A DNA stretch of 64,000 nt from Camelus dromedarius. Taxonomy: Eukaryota. Shown here one piece after another: positions 62,751 to 64,000 of this stretch (within the stretch, counting starts at the first letter, position 1; every line of letters starts with the position of its first letter). Below the pieces are notes generated by a model, which made no database searches, was not told where the DNA came from, and saw only the letters and a list, made by a program, of their open reading frames with translations. The stretch covers positions 95,606,001-95,670,000 of the forward strand of contig NC_087472.1 in the NCBI RefSeq assembly GCF_036321535.1, given 5' to 3'. The position numbers and the translations under genes were made by a program.

Positions 62751-63435
62751 TGATCTCAGAGTAGGAAAAAATTTATGACAAAAAGCACTATTATAATAAA
62801 TTTGGCTACATCAAAATTGAAAACTTTGGTACTTGAAAGGATGTCATCAAGACAGTGAAAAGATACAAAGAATAGAAGAAAATATTTGCAAACTATATAT
62901 CTAATAAGAGACTTGATTCAGTCTATCAAAAGAACCCTTACAACACAATAACAAGACAATCTAATTTTTTAAATGGGCATGGATTCTGAACAGACATTTC
63001 TCCAAAGATGATACACAAATGGCCAACTGGCACATGAAAAGATGCTCAACATTACTAATCATTATGGAAAATCCAATCAAAACCACAAGAAACCACTTCA
63101 CTCTCACTAGGATGGCTGTAACAAAAAAAAAGGGAGATTCACAAGTATTGGTGAGAATGGAGAAAAAACTGGAATCCTCATATATTGCTGTTGAGAATGT
63201 AAAATGGTGCAGACACTGTGGAAAACAGTTTGGCAATTCCTCAAAAGGTTAAATATAGTGTTGCCATTAAGACCCAGCAATTCTACTCCTAGGTATATAC
63301 CCAAGAGAACTGAAATCATATGTCCACACAAAAATTTATATATGAATGTTCACAGTAGCACTGTTCACAACAGCCAAAAAGTGGAAACAATCCAAATGTC
63401 TATCAAATGATGAATGGATAAAGAAAATGGGATAC
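62750..63435 (+). mobile_element. L1MB-like ORF2 C-terminal region
   Basis: [42 protein letters not shown]. Confidence 0.88.
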
Positions 63436-64000
63436 ATTGAAAATTATAAAATATTGATGAAAGAAATTAAAGCAGAAACAAATAAATGGAAAGACATCCT
63501 GCATTCATGGATTGGAAGAATTAATATTGTCAAAATGTCCACACTACCCAAAGTGACCCACAGATTCAGTGTAGTCCCTATCAAAATCCCAATGGCATTT
63601 TTCACACACACACACAAAAAAAATCATAAAGTTCATATGGAATCACAAAAGACTGTGATTGGCCAAAGCAATTTTGAACAAAAAGAACCAAGCTAGAGGG
63701 AGGCATCACACGTCCTGATTTCAAACTATATTGCAAAGTTATAGTAATTAAAACACTACGGTACTGTCATAAAAACAGACAATGATCTAAATATAGATCA
63801 ATGGAACAGAAAAGAAAGCCCAGAAATAAACCCACACATACATAGTCAACTGATCTTCAACAAGGGTGGCAGGAATACACAGTGGGGAAAGGATAATAAA
63901 TAGTGCTGGTAAAATTAGATATCTATATGCAAAAGAAGGAAATTGGACCCTTACACCATATTGAAAAAAATCAACTCAAAATGTATTAAGGACTTCAACC
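63436..64000 (+). mobile_element. L1 (L1MA-like) ORF2 segment nested in the previous L1; runs off the window end
   Basis: [30 protein letters not shown] is an upstream part of ORF2, placed after a downstream part. Confidence 0.9.

Noticed and set aside
1..64000. CRISPR array, operon or other novel multi-gene system; naming the host gene
   Set aside because: No repeat-spacer arrays or gene-dense coding blocks; the recurring sequences are dispersed mammalian retroelements. No recognisable coding exon is available to name a gene.

Overview
This is mammalian genomic DNA, very probably camelid (camel, alpaca or vicuna): it carries eight tRNA-Ala-derived SINEs resembling the camelid Vic-1 family, and no Alu, B1, Bov-tA or PRE1 elements were seen. 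The window is AT-rich, CpG-poor and dominated by transposable-element relics: L1 of several ages, L2, MIR, MaLR/ERVL solo LTRs and hAT MITEs. I found no recognisable host protein-coding exon, rRNA, genuine tRNA or CRISPR array. The long ORFs are L1 ORF2 C-terminal fragments or chance ORFs. L1 orientation bias suggests the window lies inside a large intron of a gene transcribed on the minus strand, which I cannot name. The best host-functional candidates are a 141-nt minus-strand exon-like, motif-rich element with stops in all frames (44460-44600) and a small CpG-retaining promoter/enhancer-like patch (~15650-16190). The best-supported curiosities are retrotransposition structures: a seamless L1-in-L1 triple stack, a twin-primed inverted L1 nested in an L1 tail inside MER58, two 3' transduction candidates, reuse of one target site by an L1 and a SINE, a 45-bp L1 with an 18-bp TSD, and a recent 134-bp tandem duplication in an ancient LTR. 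I see no evidence of a new multi-gene biological system. Repeat subfamily names come from remembered consensus sequences, and boundaries are approximate unless TSD coordinates are given.
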